A stretch of DNA of 64,000 bases from Callorhinchus milii (GCF_018977255.1 NW_024704742.1:7566001-7630000); one strand, 5' to 3'. Shown: positions 27,611-41,984, counted from the first letter of the stretch. Translations and numbers: made by a program. The notes: generated from the letters alone by a model not told the origin.

Positions 27611-28344
27611 CCTACCGTTCATCCAGAACTCTACAGTTCACTAGACTCTGTGAGTCTCTTTCACCTCCGTCCTTGTCCAGCTCCACTGGCTTCCCATCCC
27701 CCAGAGATAAGTTCAACTATTGACTGGTTCACACCTGATGTTCCATCCAGCTGTGCCCTTGCTTTGTTGGTGGATCACAGCTTGTATTAAAAATGTTCCA
27801 CGCAGCCTCACCTTTCACTCAGTTGATTATGCCATTGCCAAGAAGAGAACTGAGTGATGCAGACCAGAAAATTCCTGGATTTGATCCCTACTCTGTGTTG
27901 AATGAACCAAAGTATCCCTGGGCCAGAGACAATCACTCTTCGTTGTAAAATCTACAGATGATGTAGCATATACAACTCTTAATACTCATAACTCTACTGG
28001 GTGTGAAGGACGCTATATAGATGCAAGCTGCTTATCCAAACTATGAAGGCAGACCTAAGATAGGTGTTAAATGGAGTGCCAGAGATTTGGCCACAACATG
28101 TCCGGTATTCGTTGGAAATAAAGCCTTGTGTGGATCTCACAAATTAAACCACGACAAAGCTGCTTTTATTTTTTTCCCCTGCATTGCCTGCTCTCATTTC
28201 TACCTGCTCTCCTGAATACACTGGCTCATGCTGGGTCCAGTTCCGTGGGTGTTGAGTTAGTTTAACTCACTCAATTATCACGGGAGGAATGATCACTTGG
28301 GTTGTCTGGCTGTGACTGTGGGTGAATCCTAAACTGAGCCCAAA

Positions 28345-28600
28345 ATTTCATTTGCATTGGGCCTTTCACATCAGGAGGATATCACAAGGCGCTGGACAGT
28401 CAGGGATTTGGTCCCGAGCGGGGGGTGGGGGTTTAGGATCAGGGAGAGTGGAGGGTAGGAGGGTAGCTGAAGGCACGGTCGAAGAGGAGGGTCTTGAGAC
28501 GTGCTTTAAAGCAGTGCAGCAAGGTGGAGAGATGGAGTTCCAAAGGGTGGGGGGCAGAGATGCTGAAGGTCCGACTGCCAATGGTGGGTCCGGCTGGGCC
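28345..28600 (-). mobile_element. L2 LINE 3' end
   Basis: Same L2 tail and 3'UTR. Confidence 0.8.
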
Positions 28601-28814
28601 CTCAGCCTCTCTGCCCCCTCCTCTTCTCTTTGTAGGTAACTTCACAGAATTCTATCCCAAGGAGATGCCTGATTAAAAGGTAAATAATGAGCTAAATCCA
28701 TAATGTATCAAATATCCGATTTCTTTCTAAATTCATTTACAAAACAAAGTGCAGCTTCAACCCGTGGAAGTACACAGTGGGTTGTGTAGTCTTCACAAGC
28801 ATGAAAGAAATGTT

Positions 28815-31800
28815 CACAAACATCTTGATATAAAAATTTATTTTTTTATGAAAATATAAAATTTCATATCTTACACTACAAAAACATGTACACAAACAAA
28901 ATACACACAGTGTCAGGATATTGGCCTTAAAATAATAAATAAAGCACACTCGTGTTTTTATTATCGAAGCTTCATGTAGTGCTATAGTAAATGGCTGAAA
29001 CTAACATTTTGCTTTTAATAGTATTAATATGTGATTTATTGTTACATAGTAAATATCAGATTTAAGTGCTTTCTATTGTTCAGTTCTGAATGGGAAAATG
29101 ATTTTTTCCTCAAGAGTTTCAATCCAAGTACAAATTACTAAATAATAATGCATTTTATGCTTCCCTCTATGTTCTCACATATTTCACTGTCAATCACTAG
29201 GAACTCCATGACAGCAAGATTTTCTGCAATTTCAGACTGGTGTATAATTGCATTCATTCCTATGATTTAAAGGAAAACTCCATGTGATGAGACTTAATGT
29301 TCTCATAATTATCATAGGATTGCTTTCGACCGGAGTCCTCCATTTATTTTTCTAGATGCACTTGTCAAACTCACCGAAATCAATTTTAAAGGTTAAATCA
29401 GATATTTCACACCAATCTGGACAATCACCCCAATCTCATTTATCAATCGACAATGAACCCTAGCTCCTCCATCTCACTTGTGAATTGGTCTGGTTCTACG
29501 TTCCATTCTCCCCCCCTCTTCTACACCCCCCCCACCCCCCTCGCCCCACCCCTCTCCACACACACACACACATTGTATTGTTATTAAATTCAGAATACAG
29601 TATTTAAAATCAACCTAAGTTCAATTTCAAGCAACACATTTTTTTTCTGTATCTGACAATATTCCAGTAACTTTGAATGGTCATAGCTTTGAATGCCAGA
29701 TAGTACATGAGGAGTCCAGTGGAGCTGTAACAAATGATGTGCTTGTTTCAGGAAGCTACTGACTAAGGCATTAAAGCAAAGTTCTGTGCTGAACTAGGTG
29801 AGAGATGGCAATGGTCTGTGAAGGTGGTGGAAGAATACTTCTTCCCGTCACCCTCTTGCCCCATTATACCAATGTGATTTGTGCTTTCCCCACCGCACCA
29901 ACCACCCTTCAGTCTCATTTGAGTGAGAACGCAGATTCAGTGCCAAATTCTGGGCAGTAGTTTAGTTCTGTTGAGCGTCCACGCCCACTCGAGGTGAGAT
30001 TGATCAACGTCAATTCAAGAGACTCTTACAACAAGCAGAGAGAGATGAGATGTTCATCCCATTACTGTGGGATGTTTCGGGGGTGAAAGGACACTTTGGT
30101 AACTTGCTGCCCCTATCAATTCCCTTTTAAAATCCTTCCCTCTGTGTAAATATGTTCAACTAAAGTGACCCAGTCCTAAAACTTCAGATCTCGTACCTTG
30201 GTTTAACAATAATCTCATACTTCAAATGAATAGACTTTTTAAAACAAAGCACTCCTGTTATTTAGCACCTACAAAATGGATAACCATACATTTATACAAA
30301 GCACTATGCCTGTCACAAAGCAAGTGAATGCTAGAGTAAATAAATATCAGAGGTTATAGATCTGCAGCACAATTTTTATCCTAGACTCTGCTGGAACAGA
30401 AGGGGGACACTTTGGGGTTGAAAGTCTGAAGCCGCTCTGTACGGCCCAAACAGCAAACTACAAGTGTTTCTATCAAATCCTTCAAAGTGTGTCTAGTGTA
30501 AGTCAACCTTTAGCTTAGTGCTGATGTTAGCACACGTGCATGTTGAACCCAGAAAGGACCAGAAGAAAAAGTAAATGATCTGCGGGCGTTTGCAAACAAA
30601 ATGCAGAACTGTCAAGTCTTGTTGACTTGGACTCTTGGTTTAGGATAATGATCTATTTTTGTTGACTCTCTTTCTGCAAAATAAAGACAGATTCAAACCT
30701 CTAAATAGGTTTGCAAAATGCATCTCACTCTCGCTGACAATCAATCTTGCTCCTAACGTAACCCAGATGATTACAACCTCGTGCTTTGCCAGCAAAAACG
30801 GTTTTATAATCATTAAAAAGAGTACATAATGCTGAAAATAAATGCTGGTCAATGCTCATCAAGCAACATTGAAAATATCTGTTACGCAGAGGTCTGGAGT
30901 TTTCCTTTAAGTTGATGCGAGTTAAGTAAATGCTCATTAAAGATGCTCATTTATCCATCTTCCCCCTTTGCTCCATTACATTTCTGTAACATAGTTATTC
31001 AAATACAAGCACCACGAGCCTGGAACTAAATTACTATGCGAACGCAGTGTTTAAATTGGGCTCCTTGGTGTCCGTGTGCATTGGTCGAAGCAGCTCATCT
31101 GCTGTTCAAGATCAAACTTGCACAGAGTTTTAAAAAAAAACTGTTGTTCGTGTTGCCTGACAAATAAAGGCAAAGATGATTGAAAAGGGCATCCCACTGA
31201 CGACCCAGCCAATCTCCTGGAACTCAGTTTGATATTCACTGTGATATCGGGGAAGAATGTGAGAATGTGAGCACTTTCTACTCCACACGTCTGAGCACTG
31301 AAGCCCTTTAAACGATACTGTTACAAAAACACATTGGCGTGTCACACACTACTCAGAACAAGGTCGTCGACTCTAAAGTTTAAGGAACTCTCACCATGAC
31401 ATTTTACAACTATGCAGCACTCATTTTTTTTTAGCCAAACCCACATATAAGTCATACATTTAAGCAGATTTGTCACACAGAAAAAATCTGTACCCTGCAG
31501 TAGCAAACTGTACAGTATATACATATAAAGCGCGGGCAAAGCAAATGTATACGTTTTCAACTAACGGGTTTCATGACATCCTCTACCATTTCAATTAATA
31601 AATACATACTGATCAAGACTGATTCAAGCAAAGACTTTATACACTACTTTCTATAACTTATTAAATACATGTTATAACTGCACTTATAATTTACAAAAAA
31701 ATTACTACCAAGTAGTAAACATAATTATATTGCTCTTCAATACACCACTGTAAGTCATTGAGAGACTCGATACAGTAAACGGACGTAAACTATTGTGGTT

Positions 31801-32232
31801 CTACTGCCATCCCCGAATCCATTGAAATTGGCCTATAAAGAAAGTTCGAGTCCTCCCACAGGAGAATCACAGGCGTTTACAGCGAAACAAAATGTCAAAG
31901 GTGCTGCAGCAACCTTCTTAGAAACAAGTGAAGGGGCAAAGTTTGCAGTGCTGCTTCGTTTGGGAGGGAGAAAGGTGAAATGTCCCCGTTAAAACTTCCC
32001 TTCTGCGCTATTCCCTCTCCTTTTTGGATGAATATGAAATTCACGGAAGCAGAAAAAGCAATTGAAAGGCTGATCCGAGGAGGGGTGATGTGTTTTTTTC
32101 TATCCCATTGCAGGTCTGTGCACTGCAGGTCTTTGCTTTTCGCCCGTCTCCGAGCAGTGAACAAATACAAGTTTCGGTTCAGAAAAAAAAAGTGCTGATT
32201 GACGAGCGGTGTCTCGAGGCGCAGGGGCCCAG
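28815..32232 (-). other. epha5: Probable EphA5 3'UTR (~3.4 kb)
   Basis: Continuous AT-rich, essentially retroposon-free stretch after the stop codon in an otherwise repeat-dense locus; ends at a cluster of AATAAA signals; the 3' end is inferred. Confidence 0.7.
28837..28842 (-). terminator. Likely distal polyadenylation signal (AATAAA) of EphA5
   Basis: AATAAA on minus strand with upstream UGUA/U-rich elements (tgtgtacatgtttttgtagtgta) and downstream GU-rich sequence (gatgtttgtg); other AATAAA at 28957-28962, 29035-29040 and 29343-29348. Confidence 0.6.
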
Positions 32233-32338
32233 TCACATGGCTATGCTGCCGTTCATAAGCTGGACCCTGAGTTCCTGAATATTATTCATGATTTTCTTCT
32301 GGTGGCCAGCGAGGCTCACTCCGATTCTCCTCAAATCT
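32233..32338 (-). CDS. epha5: EphA5 last coding exon (106 nt incl. stop): end of SAM domain and C-terminal PDZ-binding-type tail
   Basis: ccacag|A GAT TTG...GCC ATG TGA; encodes [34 protein letters not shown], compare human [34 protein letters not shown]. Confidence 0.96.
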
Positions 32339-33660
32339 CTGTGGAGCAAACGACAATAACAACAGTTCAGTTCTGTTCACCAACCCAAAGAGTAAAGGTC
32401 GACGCAGAAAGAAATCATCTTGGGTTTCATAAGCGCGTAGAGAGACCCGGTCTCACGAGCCCCAACTCGATGGGCTGTGCAACTGGTTCTTTTCACAACC
32501 GAGACTCAGGTGAAGGGACAGGACTCGTGTTCTACGTACATTAATTTAATGCCTGACATTAAATCGTGATGTACCGATGAGGGGCTGCCAGATTTAGGAT
32601 GTTAACGCAGTCACCGACGATGACTTTTGGCACAAACGAGGAGTGATTCCCACTGGTTCACAATGTGGGACTTTATTCACATATTGCCATTGCAAGGGCA
32701 TGCTAGCAAAGGTCAGTAAATATCTCAACAAGGGGAGAATCCCCCCATTATATATATAATATATACACACAGGATGACCAAGAAATTGTGATACTATTAC
32801 AATGTCTAATAAGTCTTAAATAAATAATTAGTTTTTTTTAGATAATAGACATCAAGACTTTTTGGTCACCCTGTGTATATGTATACATAATAATAATAAA
32901 CCTTTGATATAGTGCTTTGATATAGCCGTCCTCACTTCTAGACATCTCAAAGGGCTTCACAGAATATACTGTAAAGTGAATTAACTGTATATTTGTGGGC
33001 AAAACTGTTTATATACTGTTTATGTTCAACACTATAGTCTAACTCAGAAGGGATTCTCTTCTCTAAGCAGTTTAAAAAGAAAGATGTATTGTGTCCGTGT
33101 AATCTGAATACAATGAAAGATGGGGAATTGAGGATGGCTGGTATGAGAGTGGGAGAATGATATTGATCTTTACGTGGTGCGTTTCCACTGGAAATTGCAG
33201 TCATGACAGGAATAGTCTTTATTTTATCACATCAATTCAAGTGCGGTATGTGGACAAGTTTAGAAACCTTTCAATTGAAAACAAAGCAAGGAAGTCCTTT
33301 GCTGCAAAGAGATAAGCACCCAAACCCAAACTGTGAACCTAGAGTTACCGGCATTCAGCCTGATCGGTTTGTTTGGCAAATGCCCAAATCGTTTTAGCTG
33401 CTTTGTGCTTCTTTTAAGGAAACAATAGTTGCAGAGGGGCTGTGAAGGGCAGTGCAGTCCATTGCGCAGGGCAATGTCGACGAATTTCATTTTGAATCAT
33501 TCATTTTTCCATTTGAATGATGGACAGGAGGATATGTACGGCTGGATACACAAGTGATCTGATGGCAAAGTAAAACAAGCGGTCCGTATACCTCCTTACG
33601 CTGGCACTTCATGAAGGTCACTTTCTGTTAAGTAGGAACAATAGAAAGAGAATTACTTAC

Positions 33661-33816
33661 TCTAAGCTTAGTTTTGCCACAATGTCCAATGAGGTGTATC
33701 CACATTCATTGAAATTATCTGTGTACCGACCCATCTTAAGGGATTCCAGCCACTCTCCCACAGATTGAAAGGCATTGAGCCCTGTGGTATTGTGCTCTAC
33801 CAGCAAGTTGGTCATT
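33661..33816 (-). CDS. epha5: EphA5 exon (156 nt): linker and first part of SAM domain
   Basis: ctccag|A ATG...TTA GA|gtaagt; encodes MTNLLVEHNTTGLNAFQSVGEWLESLKMGRYTDNFNECGYTSLDIVAKLSL(E). Confidence 0.96.
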
Positions 33817-34739
33817 CTGGAGCAAACAGGAAAGAAATACAATGCACAGCCCTGTTAGGAAAATGGCACCGTCTTCAGTTCTGAATGGCTCAGCAAACTA
33901 CATCTGGTCGCTTTTCAAATGTGTATCACAATAACTGCAGCTGAATATAACCCTCCTGCTACAAAAGCAGTGCACGACTCTTCTCTTTAACGAAAACACA
34001 AAGAGGTTACGGGTGAAACTTGCAATCCAACCCTAAAGACAATTTGAGAGACCATTTAAACAAAACTGTAGGCATCGCTGTCAAGCATTTCATAAAGGAC
34101 ATAAATGTAGAAAAGTATAGCCGTCCTCACTTATAAACTATTTCCAGTGAATATCTCAAATAAATTGCAAAAATGTCAATGGGCAAATGGACTCATAATT
34201 TGTCATTTGGATGTTTATGGGAATGGAAATCTTATTGTTGCATTAAAGGAATGTCAATCTTGGCCTTTTCTTGAGCACTTGTTATGATGAACACACAAAA
34301 ATGAAAAATGTTCTAGTTTTAGAGTCATTAACCAATTAATGGTACCTAAATTTTCCTCTGCACACAATTTGCATTACATGTCAGGAGGTGTCCCCAAAAC
34401 ACGGGGGACAACACAGGCTGAAGTTTACAAATGATTAGTACAACTTGCATCACAGACCAGATTTGCCATGCACTTTAATTCAAAATAAAACTCTAGGTCC
34501 CTTTGATACATCTAGTTCAGTGGTCTTCTCTGTCTGTTTCGATTGTTACTAGATATAAACAGGATGGATTTTGATACGCAGCTCTACCACTAATGTCCTG
34601 CTGATCAGTAATCTGACATCATGTGTGAAAAAGCACAGAATTTATTAGATGGGAAGAAAAGTGTGTAAATCACAGCCTGAGCAATTCATTTAGCTTAAAA
34701 TAAAATAAAATTTAAGACCTGAAATAAAAAGTTTAAATA

Positions 34740-35320
34740 ACAACAGCAGCAGCAACAAAATTATATTTGTAAAGCACCTTTCACGATGGGAGGCCGCCCC
34801 AAGGCGCTGGACAGACAGAGTTACGGACCCGAGCTGAGGTTCGGGGTGGGGAAGGGGGAGGGCGAGTGGGAAGCAGGGAGATCGAAAGCAAGATTGAAGA
34901 GGAGGGTCTTGAGATGGGTCTTGAAGATGGCGAGGGAGGGGGCGAGGCGGAGGGACTGTGGGATGGAGTTCCAGAGGGTGGAGGCAGAGTGGCAGAAGGC
35001 CCGCTCGCCGATAGTGAAGCAGGCCAGAGCCCGCTGAGCGGAGGGAGCGAACAGGGTGGTAGGGGATTAGGAGCTCGCAGATGTAGGGGAGCAAGACCAT
35101 GGAGGGCTTTGAAGGTGAGGACCAGGATCTTGAACTGTATCCTCTGTGTGATGGGAAGCCAGTGAAGTCGGGCGAGGAGCCTGGTGCGGGAGAGGACACA
35201 GGCTGCAGAGTTCTGGATGATCTGCAGCCTGTGGAGGGAGGAGTTGGGGAGGCCAACAGGCAAGGAGTTTTCTTAGTTGAGCTTTGATGTAACGAAAGCA
35301 TGTATGAGGGTTTCGGCGGC
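34740..35320 (-). mobile_element. L2 LINE 3' fragment (EphA5 intron)
   Basis: LQIIQNSAACVL..LHWLPITQRIQFKILVLTFKALHGLAP; very similar to the 9352-9980 copy. Confidence 0.9.
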
Positions 35321-37197
35321 TACCTAACCCCACCCAGCCACTCACCAAACTCACCTATTCATCACTAACTGCTGAAGCAAAGGTGATGTACGTTACAGGG
35401 GAGGTGTAGAAAACAGTCCACTGAAAACACTCGTATTTTATTAAGATTGTCATATTAACTTAGAATGTTTGTCTCATATATTCTGTTAATTATAATGCAC
35501 AGCGAGGCTTAAAATCGCCTACATCTGATTAGTTCTTTATAATAATCAAGCGTGGACCTGTGCAAATTGATCAATTAAATTACACTATAAAATAATAATG
35601 ATCCTTGCATTTTAATACGGCGTCTTTCAAATTAGGAAGAAATGGATGAACCAACTTTATCTGGGGATCTTTCATGCACATACCATTCCAACAATCTATC
35701 TCTGGGCTTTCCATGTGTAGGTGGGATGCATGGAAATCTCAGCTTGGTTTGGATACTCTTAAGACATGGTGATGGGTTTCCGCATGTGTCAAGACAACCT
35801 GGCTGACAGAAAAAAAGACTAAAATCTGAGAGGCAAGTGTGCTATCAACTGAGCCGAGCTAACACCAAGCTCACGACTTGTATAGCAAAGTCTGCTATGT
35901 GGCAAATTTCTGGTCGGACCACAGTAAAGAAATATATATGTGATTAGGCAATTTTATAACAAGCTAATAACTCTTTGGAATTTCATTCTGGGGCTCCTCT
36001 GACTCGCTCCCTCCTTCACCCTTTCACTGTCCATCTCAAGTCCTACCACTTTGACTGCGCCTTCGGTCATCTTTCCCCTCCCCATTTCCTCCCCTCCCAA
36101 CCTCCACAGCTCCCGTCCCCAGCTCGGATGACTGTTACACTTGGGTCGTCCTCAAGACGTGAAAGGCACCATATAAGTATAAATTTGTATTGTTTGTATT
36201 GTGAGCTACATGTACAATAGATTTTTTGCTTCTCTCCCATGCTTGCTATATTTTTGTGTCTCTTTTTCTGCTGGTTTGCTGCATTTGGACAATCTTCCAG
36301 CTCCACCACTAACAGCAATCTCACATGTATCAGATGCATTTAGAATGTAAAAAAAGGTCGAATTTAACGTATATTTTATTGACTACTGAAGCACATGCAA
36401 TCATTCAGTCTATTTTGATAAGACTCCAATTCCCACTCAGTTGTCTCCGTTGCAGCCACATTCTTACTTCTGTTCATTTTTACATTTAATAAACCACATG
36501 TTTTAAAACCTACATATCGAAGGATTCAGTTCTGACTTACATAGCCTGAGAATACTGGAAACTTCCCAAGGCATCCAACATCTCAGGAAGACAGAGCTCT
36601 CTCTTGCTCCGTTGCCCAGCTTTTTAATCTTTCTTTAATCGTTGTATATTTTGAAATTATTTTATTTGTATTTTGCGGACGTTTCACTCAGTCAACATTT
36701 TCTATTTTGTCATGGGTCTAATCCCTTACACTCCCAATGTGAACTGACATGTGAACTCTTAGTGAACGCTTGCTCAGCTTTTGATGCATACAGGGAACAG
36801 ATGTGGTCCCTATCTAAGGTACAGCCTGGTTAGGTGAACTATATTATATTGATCGTGATCTGAGGATTGCCCATTTGTATTCCACCACATTTTCTCTAGC
36901 ATCGAAACATTCACCATCAGGTTTCAGGCTACATAATTGGAACCAACGGCTTGCTTCAGTTTATTCTGCCCTGGGACCAATGTGGAATGCTGATTATGTT
37001 TTGCCCTTCTCATTTTGTTACATTGGTGAAATGTAATCAATGTAATCTATATTATTACGTACACACTTTTTAAGATTATTGACGTTATCACTTGGCATTA
37101 TTCAAAGCCAATGAGGTTTTACTTTTCGTGTGTAATTTGCAACGCCCAGAAATGTTTATTTCCTGCACCTTTTATGCCTGCCGCCACCCCTTCACCG

Positions 37198-37222
37198 CCC
37201 CCCCCCCCCCCCCCCCCCCCCC
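37198..37222. repeat. Poly-C25 (poly-G on the EphA5 sense strand)
   Basis: Directly visible. Confidence 0.95.
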
Positions 37223-38413
37223 GCCTCCTTATCTCCAGACAATGCTGGCACCTTGTTCCCTTCTATTAGGTACAACTCCACAGGAACTGATTGCCCTCTG
37301 ATACCTCATTGCATTAGGTTATCGTCATGTGTGAACCCAGGCAGTGAATGCTAACAGGCTCAATCGACTGTGGAGAACGGGAGTGTTGAAGTCATGTTTG
37401 ATCTTGTATAACAAAAAATTCAACCCCACAGCCTGGCTATACAATACAATTCAAAATTACGTCGGGAGGAGGTCCCAAGGCGTTAGACAATCAGGGCTTT
37501 GGACTGAGCTGGGCTATGCGTCAAACACCCACCGACACAGCTTGCTGAGCCCACAACGAAGCCATTATTTTCACAGCATGAATCTTCACAAACACTGCAT
37601 GAAGAAACCTTGCTGCTCTCCAAAATCTGGTCGATACGATGGACGAGTGGCCAAAAATGAACTGTTGAATTAGACAGTAGCTGGGCTTAAAACAAACTAA
37701 CGACTCGATCGCCCCTGATACGTCACTTTGAAAATGAAGAGAACAACGTAATATAAAATATGCAAAAACCCATCACCATGATTCAAAAATATCCAAACCA
37801 GACAGAGATCCTCATATGGTTTGTCCACCTATACATGGAAATTTCCCTGTGAAATTTCACCCGGTTTCCCTAACTGTGGAAAGTATCAGGAATGGGATGG
37901 AGACAGCCAAGGCTTTGGGAATCACACAGTGTGCTTTGGGGTACAGCTGGAGCCTAAGTTTCCCGTTGCAAAACAACTGCTGCTTGTCCAGCTAAGACCA
38001 CTCAACCTGTTAGGACTTTGTCTCGCAGGAGTGAACAGGATCTGGGCGGGAAGAATTTTTTGTGTTCTCTAGGACTTGAACAACTCCTTACAGTATGTCG
38101 ACCTCGACTACAACCGTACGCAATTCTTCAGGTATGAAGCGCTCTGGGAGCCATCCTGCGTGAAGGGCGCTCTATAAATGCACATTGTCGCGGTTGTTTT
38201 TGTTTTTGCAGACCTCACTGACTTCTCTCGCGTAAATAACGGGCATGCACTCCAAAGTGCGCACAAATTCTTCGGTAACATCCAAAGCACCTTCCCTGCT
38301 GACAGGTAAGACTTTGCTATGCAAGTCAATGACATCGCAGTCCCCAAAATAACACATAATTTGCCAGCATTTCAACAAGAAGCAGCATCAGCAGCGGACG
38401 CTGCAATAAATAC

Positions 38414-38607
38414 CTCGTGGAAGAATTGACTAATGTCTTCAAGCTGCACGGATTGCGGATCAGTTTGTCTAAAATGCTGACGATTTCCTCAAACTTGGGT
38501 CTGCTGTTGCGTTCCTTCTGCCAGCAGTCGAGCATCAACTGGTACAGAGCCGCGGGGCAGTCCATGGGACTTGGCAAGCGATAGCCTTCCTCCACAGCTT
38601 TGATCAC
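38414..38607 (-). CDS. epha5: EphA5 exon (194 nt): end of kinase domain
   Basis: cggcag|GTG ATC...ACG AG|gtattt; encodes [64 protein letters not shown](R). Confidence 0.97.
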
Positions 38608-38984
38608 CTGCCGGAAACAAGCCAACCATTTCTGTAATGCAGATCCACGCCAAAGCTCAGGACACAATGATCAGATCAAATCCTTGCATTTTTCATGTCG
38701 TGCCTTATCACCTCGAAACGTCTCAAAGCGCCCCACAGAGCTATCTGGAAAGTGTGGAACTGTGTTTTCGTAAAACAAATCTTATCTCAACTCTCTCCCA
38801 GTGAAACCGTTAAGCACCAAATAATGCCACAGCACCTTGGGACGTCCTCCCGTGACACGAAAGGCGCTAAACAAATGCAATTTTGCATTGTATTGTATTT
38901 TGTATTGTAAATAGATCTCTGGTTCACAAAATACCGGAATGATTTATTTTTCAGGAACAAAGAGTACTATTTGTCAGCAGACGT

Positions 38985-39220
<236 letters not shown>

Positions 39221-39559
39221 TGCGGATGGATTCATGTTTCATAAATAGCAGTGAAGGAGAAAAACACAGTCAAGGTGGCTACACACTGTGTGAGTGGGGA
39301 TGTTGAGGCTAGGATCAGCTTGATAGTCTGCTGATATTCATGATCCTAACTCAATCAGGACAAAATGCAATTTACTGATTTCTGTGACTTGCACTCTAGC
39401 AGGAGCCCTTTAGAGAGGAGCAAAACTGAAACACAAATATAGCAAAGTAGGATGTTGCATTCCTGACCCTTAAAATCCACTTGATGACAATTTTAACAAG
39501 AATATTACCTTCAAAGGAAAAGCAATGTAGAGAAACCTAAGGGGTTAACATATATATAT

Positions 39560-40010
39560 ATTTAAAGCTCAGAAGGCAAGTGGGCAAAGCTGTGAAGAAA
39601 GCAAATGGGAACCTGGTTTTATAAATATGTGCATGGAATAATGTGATAGTTAACCTATATACATTACTAGTTAGAAACGCAGTTAGAAAGAGCTTTGCGT
39701 CCAGTTTTGGTCACCCCACTTTTGGAAGAACATCAGAGACAAAGAGAGGGTGTACAGGTGATTTATTAGGATGATACCGGGGATGAATGGTTGAACCTAT
39801 AACCAGGGACTAGATGTACTAGGTCTATTTTTTATTTGGAACAAAGAAAGTTGAAGGGACCTCCTAGAGGTCTTTAAAATGACAAGGGGTTTTCTTAAGA
39901 GGAGAGAGGGAGGAATTATTGACTGCAGGAAGTCAATTTAAAATAATTAACAAGGGAACAAAGGGGAAGTTGGAGGATTTTATTTTACACAGAGAGCTGT
40001 TTGGATGTGG
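39560..40010 (+). mobile_element. Degenerate CR1 LINE ORF2 3' fragment
   Basis: VQFWSPHFWKNI..ERV..RMIPGM-like remnants. Confidence 0.7.
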
Positions 40011-40239
40011 TGAATTCTTAAACACAGCCTTAGTTTTGAAGTCAGTTTTCTGTAAGTGTCTTTTAAGAACTACAGAAAAACAGCTGCATGCTACAATCTA
40101 CCAAATCCCAGATGCTCCTAAATGCTATGTTAACAGAGTAAACCTAGACTTGGGCAGAATGTGACTCCCTCTGTTATTTCACTTTCACCCGAGAATGTGA
40201 AAGGGTTTAGTTCGAAATGTGGGCAGAGTTCGATGTTTA

Positions 40240-40509
<270 letters not shown>

Positions 40510-41984
40510 TCAAGTCTCTGAGCAGATTGGAGAAAAAGATGTTGAATCTCTAGCTAAATGGAAGTGACAGGTGGCAGCTGATCTCTGCACAGAAAAGCCC
40601 ACATGCCATGGCTGGCTGCCTGTTAATTGGCTGCCCTCATTCAGTCTGAATACTCCCACGTATGAGACTGACTCTTTGATTAAGCTGATTCAAGAGACGT
40701 CTGCCATGAGGTACACAAAACACACAGGAAATGTTGAAGTATCGTTGCTCACTTATTGCTCACAGCCTATATAATTCTCCTAGTAGCACCACATCCACGG
40801 TTGGCGAACGACACACACCAGAAAGAGCAGAAAGCTCACTGTGAATCATGGTTTAAAGCTTTTAGCCTCTGCTTTATCATCAGCTGCCAGTGAAACAACC
40901 AAAACATATTAACCTTGTCGAACTATAGGTAGACAAGCTGATATTGCTCTATCCGGAAGAGCAGAGCACCTCTACCTGAGAGAACGGGATGGGGGAGAGG
41001 CAGAGTTCTACATCTCTGAAGAGAACAAGTTATAAGCCTTTGTATCTCATTCTGGCTCAGTTAGGGGCACTCTCGCGTCTGTGTCAGAAGGTTTACTGGT
41101 TCAAGCCCCACATCAGGACTTGGAACTAATATAATAATAATAATAATCCATAATAATAAGTTTGCCCACAATACACAGTCACTACACTTTACAGTATATC
41201 CTGTGAAGCTCTTTGAGACATCTGCCTGACATGAAAAGCACTACGCCAAGTATAAGGATTATTATTATTATTAAACAAGTTAAACAAGTTCCACTGCATT
41301 CCAATCTTTTCTGGCCAGGAATCCTCTGTGCGCTTAAGTTACCTGCACCGGCCAGCAACGTATGCTTTTTTATCTCGCTGAGTTTCCTCAGTAACTGATA
41401 ACAAATTTGCACCTAGCTTTGCAAATGGGGGAAGATAGAGTCAGCTTGGGATGCTTAGTTCTAGCCTTCTTGATTAACAGGTTGGGGATTCATGCCCCAC
41501 TTCAGAACTTGTATCAAAATCTAGGCTGACACTCAAGCTTGGTACTGGGGGAGGGCTGTATTGGTGAAATTGTATTGTTAAATTGAGGTCTCATCTACCT
41601 GTTCCTCAAGTAGATGTTATGAATAACAAACCTTACATTTGATACAGTGCCTTATCACATCGCAGATGCATATCAAAGCGCTTTACAGGAAATACTGCGT
41701 AGCGGTTTTGACTATGTATTTTGTGGGCGAATTCCGACAGCTGTGTCCCACAAACAGCCATGAAGTGAATGACCAATTTTATTTGGGAGATTGTTAGCCA
41801 GGACCCTGGGAGAAACTCCCTTCTCTTTTTGAATACTGCCGTGGGATCTTTAACGTCCACCTGAACAGGCAGACCGCGTCTTGGGTTAACCTCTCACCTC
41901 CAACAATGCAAAACACAATTTGTAAAGAGAAGTGCGATTCTCCCGGTGTCTCGGTCAACAAATCCCACATAAAATTGATCATTT

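Noticed and set aside
37198..37222. Poly-G as a functional G-quadruplex
   Set aside because: Homopolymer deep in an intron with unreliable length and no other support
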